A stretch of DNA of 63,971 nt, filler included, from Barthelona sp. PAP020 (lineage: Eukaryota): the NCBI GenBank assembly GCA_040182905.1. It is 5 parts of 5 records of this genome, joined end to end, with 100 filler letters (N's around TTAATTAATTAA, not from the genome) between each part and the next. Parts side by side here need not be neighbours in the genome. Positions count along the whole stretch, not along the records: positions 55,598 to 63,971 come from JARQWU010000461.1; 4 more parts are not named here. One strand, given 5' to 3'. The position numbers and the translations under genes are program-made. The notes below the pieces were generated by a model, which did not search any database, was not told where the DNA came from, and saw only the letters and a program-made list of their open reading frames with translations. Shown piece after piece: positions 63,370 through 63,971 of this stretch (positions within the stretch are counted from its first letter, which is position 1; the number at the start of each line of letters is the position of its first letter).

Positions 63370-63806
63370 TCTCAGTAACAGAAAAAAAAAAAAAAGGAGT
63401 CCAGGATCTCAACAATCCATCCAATCAAAATTGTTTTCTTTTTTTCCAATTTTCTTCAAATTGATAAATTTATTTTTGATTCCATTTATTTTCAGTTTGG
63501 GATCCCTTTTTGAAGGAAAAGAAAATCAAATGCTGTTTAATCTCTGAACAATTTCATTTATTTGATTTTTTTTTTGCATTATATCAATAAATTTGGTCAA
63601 GAAGGGATTATTAAGGGGATTTTATTTGTGGAAAAGAGCATCAAAGACAATACACTTTGTAATGCTTTTTAAAACAAAGTAGATTTACTGGAAAATTTTG
63701 CCCTTTTTCACTGGATTGAATGATGGTTAAAATTTTACTCTCATTAACTTTCCAAGAGAGACCATTTATTTTTTTTCATACTTTTTTTTCTTAAATTATT
63801 TTTTCA

Positions 63807-63971
63807 ATGGAGGCATATATTTGGATTATTATCATAGTTTCATTTGTATTAGTCTTTTTTTTCAAAGGAATCTATTTGATTGCACAAAAGGAAGTTGTTA
63901 TTGTCGAAAGACTTGGAAAATTCCACGCCATATTGGAACCAGGTATTAATTTTATCATCCCATTTATTGAC
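63807..63971 (+). CDS. SPFH/band-7 (paraslipin/QmcA-like) protein, 5' part; not in ORF track
   Basis: MEAYIWIIIIVSFVLVFFFKGIYLIAQKEVVIVERLGKFHAILEPGINFIIPFID, running off the window edge. Confidence 0.85.
   Translation, partial: MEAYIWIIIIVSFVLVFFFKGIYLIAQKEVVIVERLGKFHAILEPGINFIIPFID

Noticed and set aside
1..63971. Alternative genetic code (stop reassignment)
   Set aside because: Conserved genes end at TAA, TAG and TGA at the expected positions, and long ORFs have no internal stops. The single TGA in prefoldin 2 is insufficient evidence.
1..63971. CRISPR arrays, tRNA/rRNA genes, transposase or reverse transcriptase genes
   Set aside because: No repeat-spacer arrays, cloverleaf or rRNA signatures, or mobile-element protein motifs were seen.

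Overview
This is AT-rich, very gene-dense DNA from a flagellated microbial eukaryote, read with the standard genetic code. It is not a prokaryotic window. The intron style is metamonad-like, but that placement is inference. The window holds five unlinked contigs of up to about 14 kb joined by artificial N-TTAATTAATTAA-N linkers, so synteny across linkers means nothing. About 36 protein genes are visible, including TSC2-like GAP, RecQ, eIF2B-alpha, HisRS, GH30, Hop1, HPS1-like, RhoGEF-kelch, tandem Schlafen, calpain, Patched-like, kinase-WD40 with a decayed copy, lipin, proteasome alpha3, ENKD1, TSG101 and EGF-CotH. Four genes or fragments missing from the ORF track were found by hand: the 3' ends of RUVBL1 and TBP, prefoldin 2, and the 5' end of an SPFH gene. 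Six 34-43 nt 5'-proximal introns have a near-fixed branch point to 3' splice site distance. The best novelty candidate is an unannotated, GC-enriched, extensively base-paired ~337-nt RNA-like element at 33294-33630. Other leads are an intron-bearing bacterial-type DUF2589 gene, 27-38 bp head-to-head gene spacing and a candidate TGTAA poly(A) signal.
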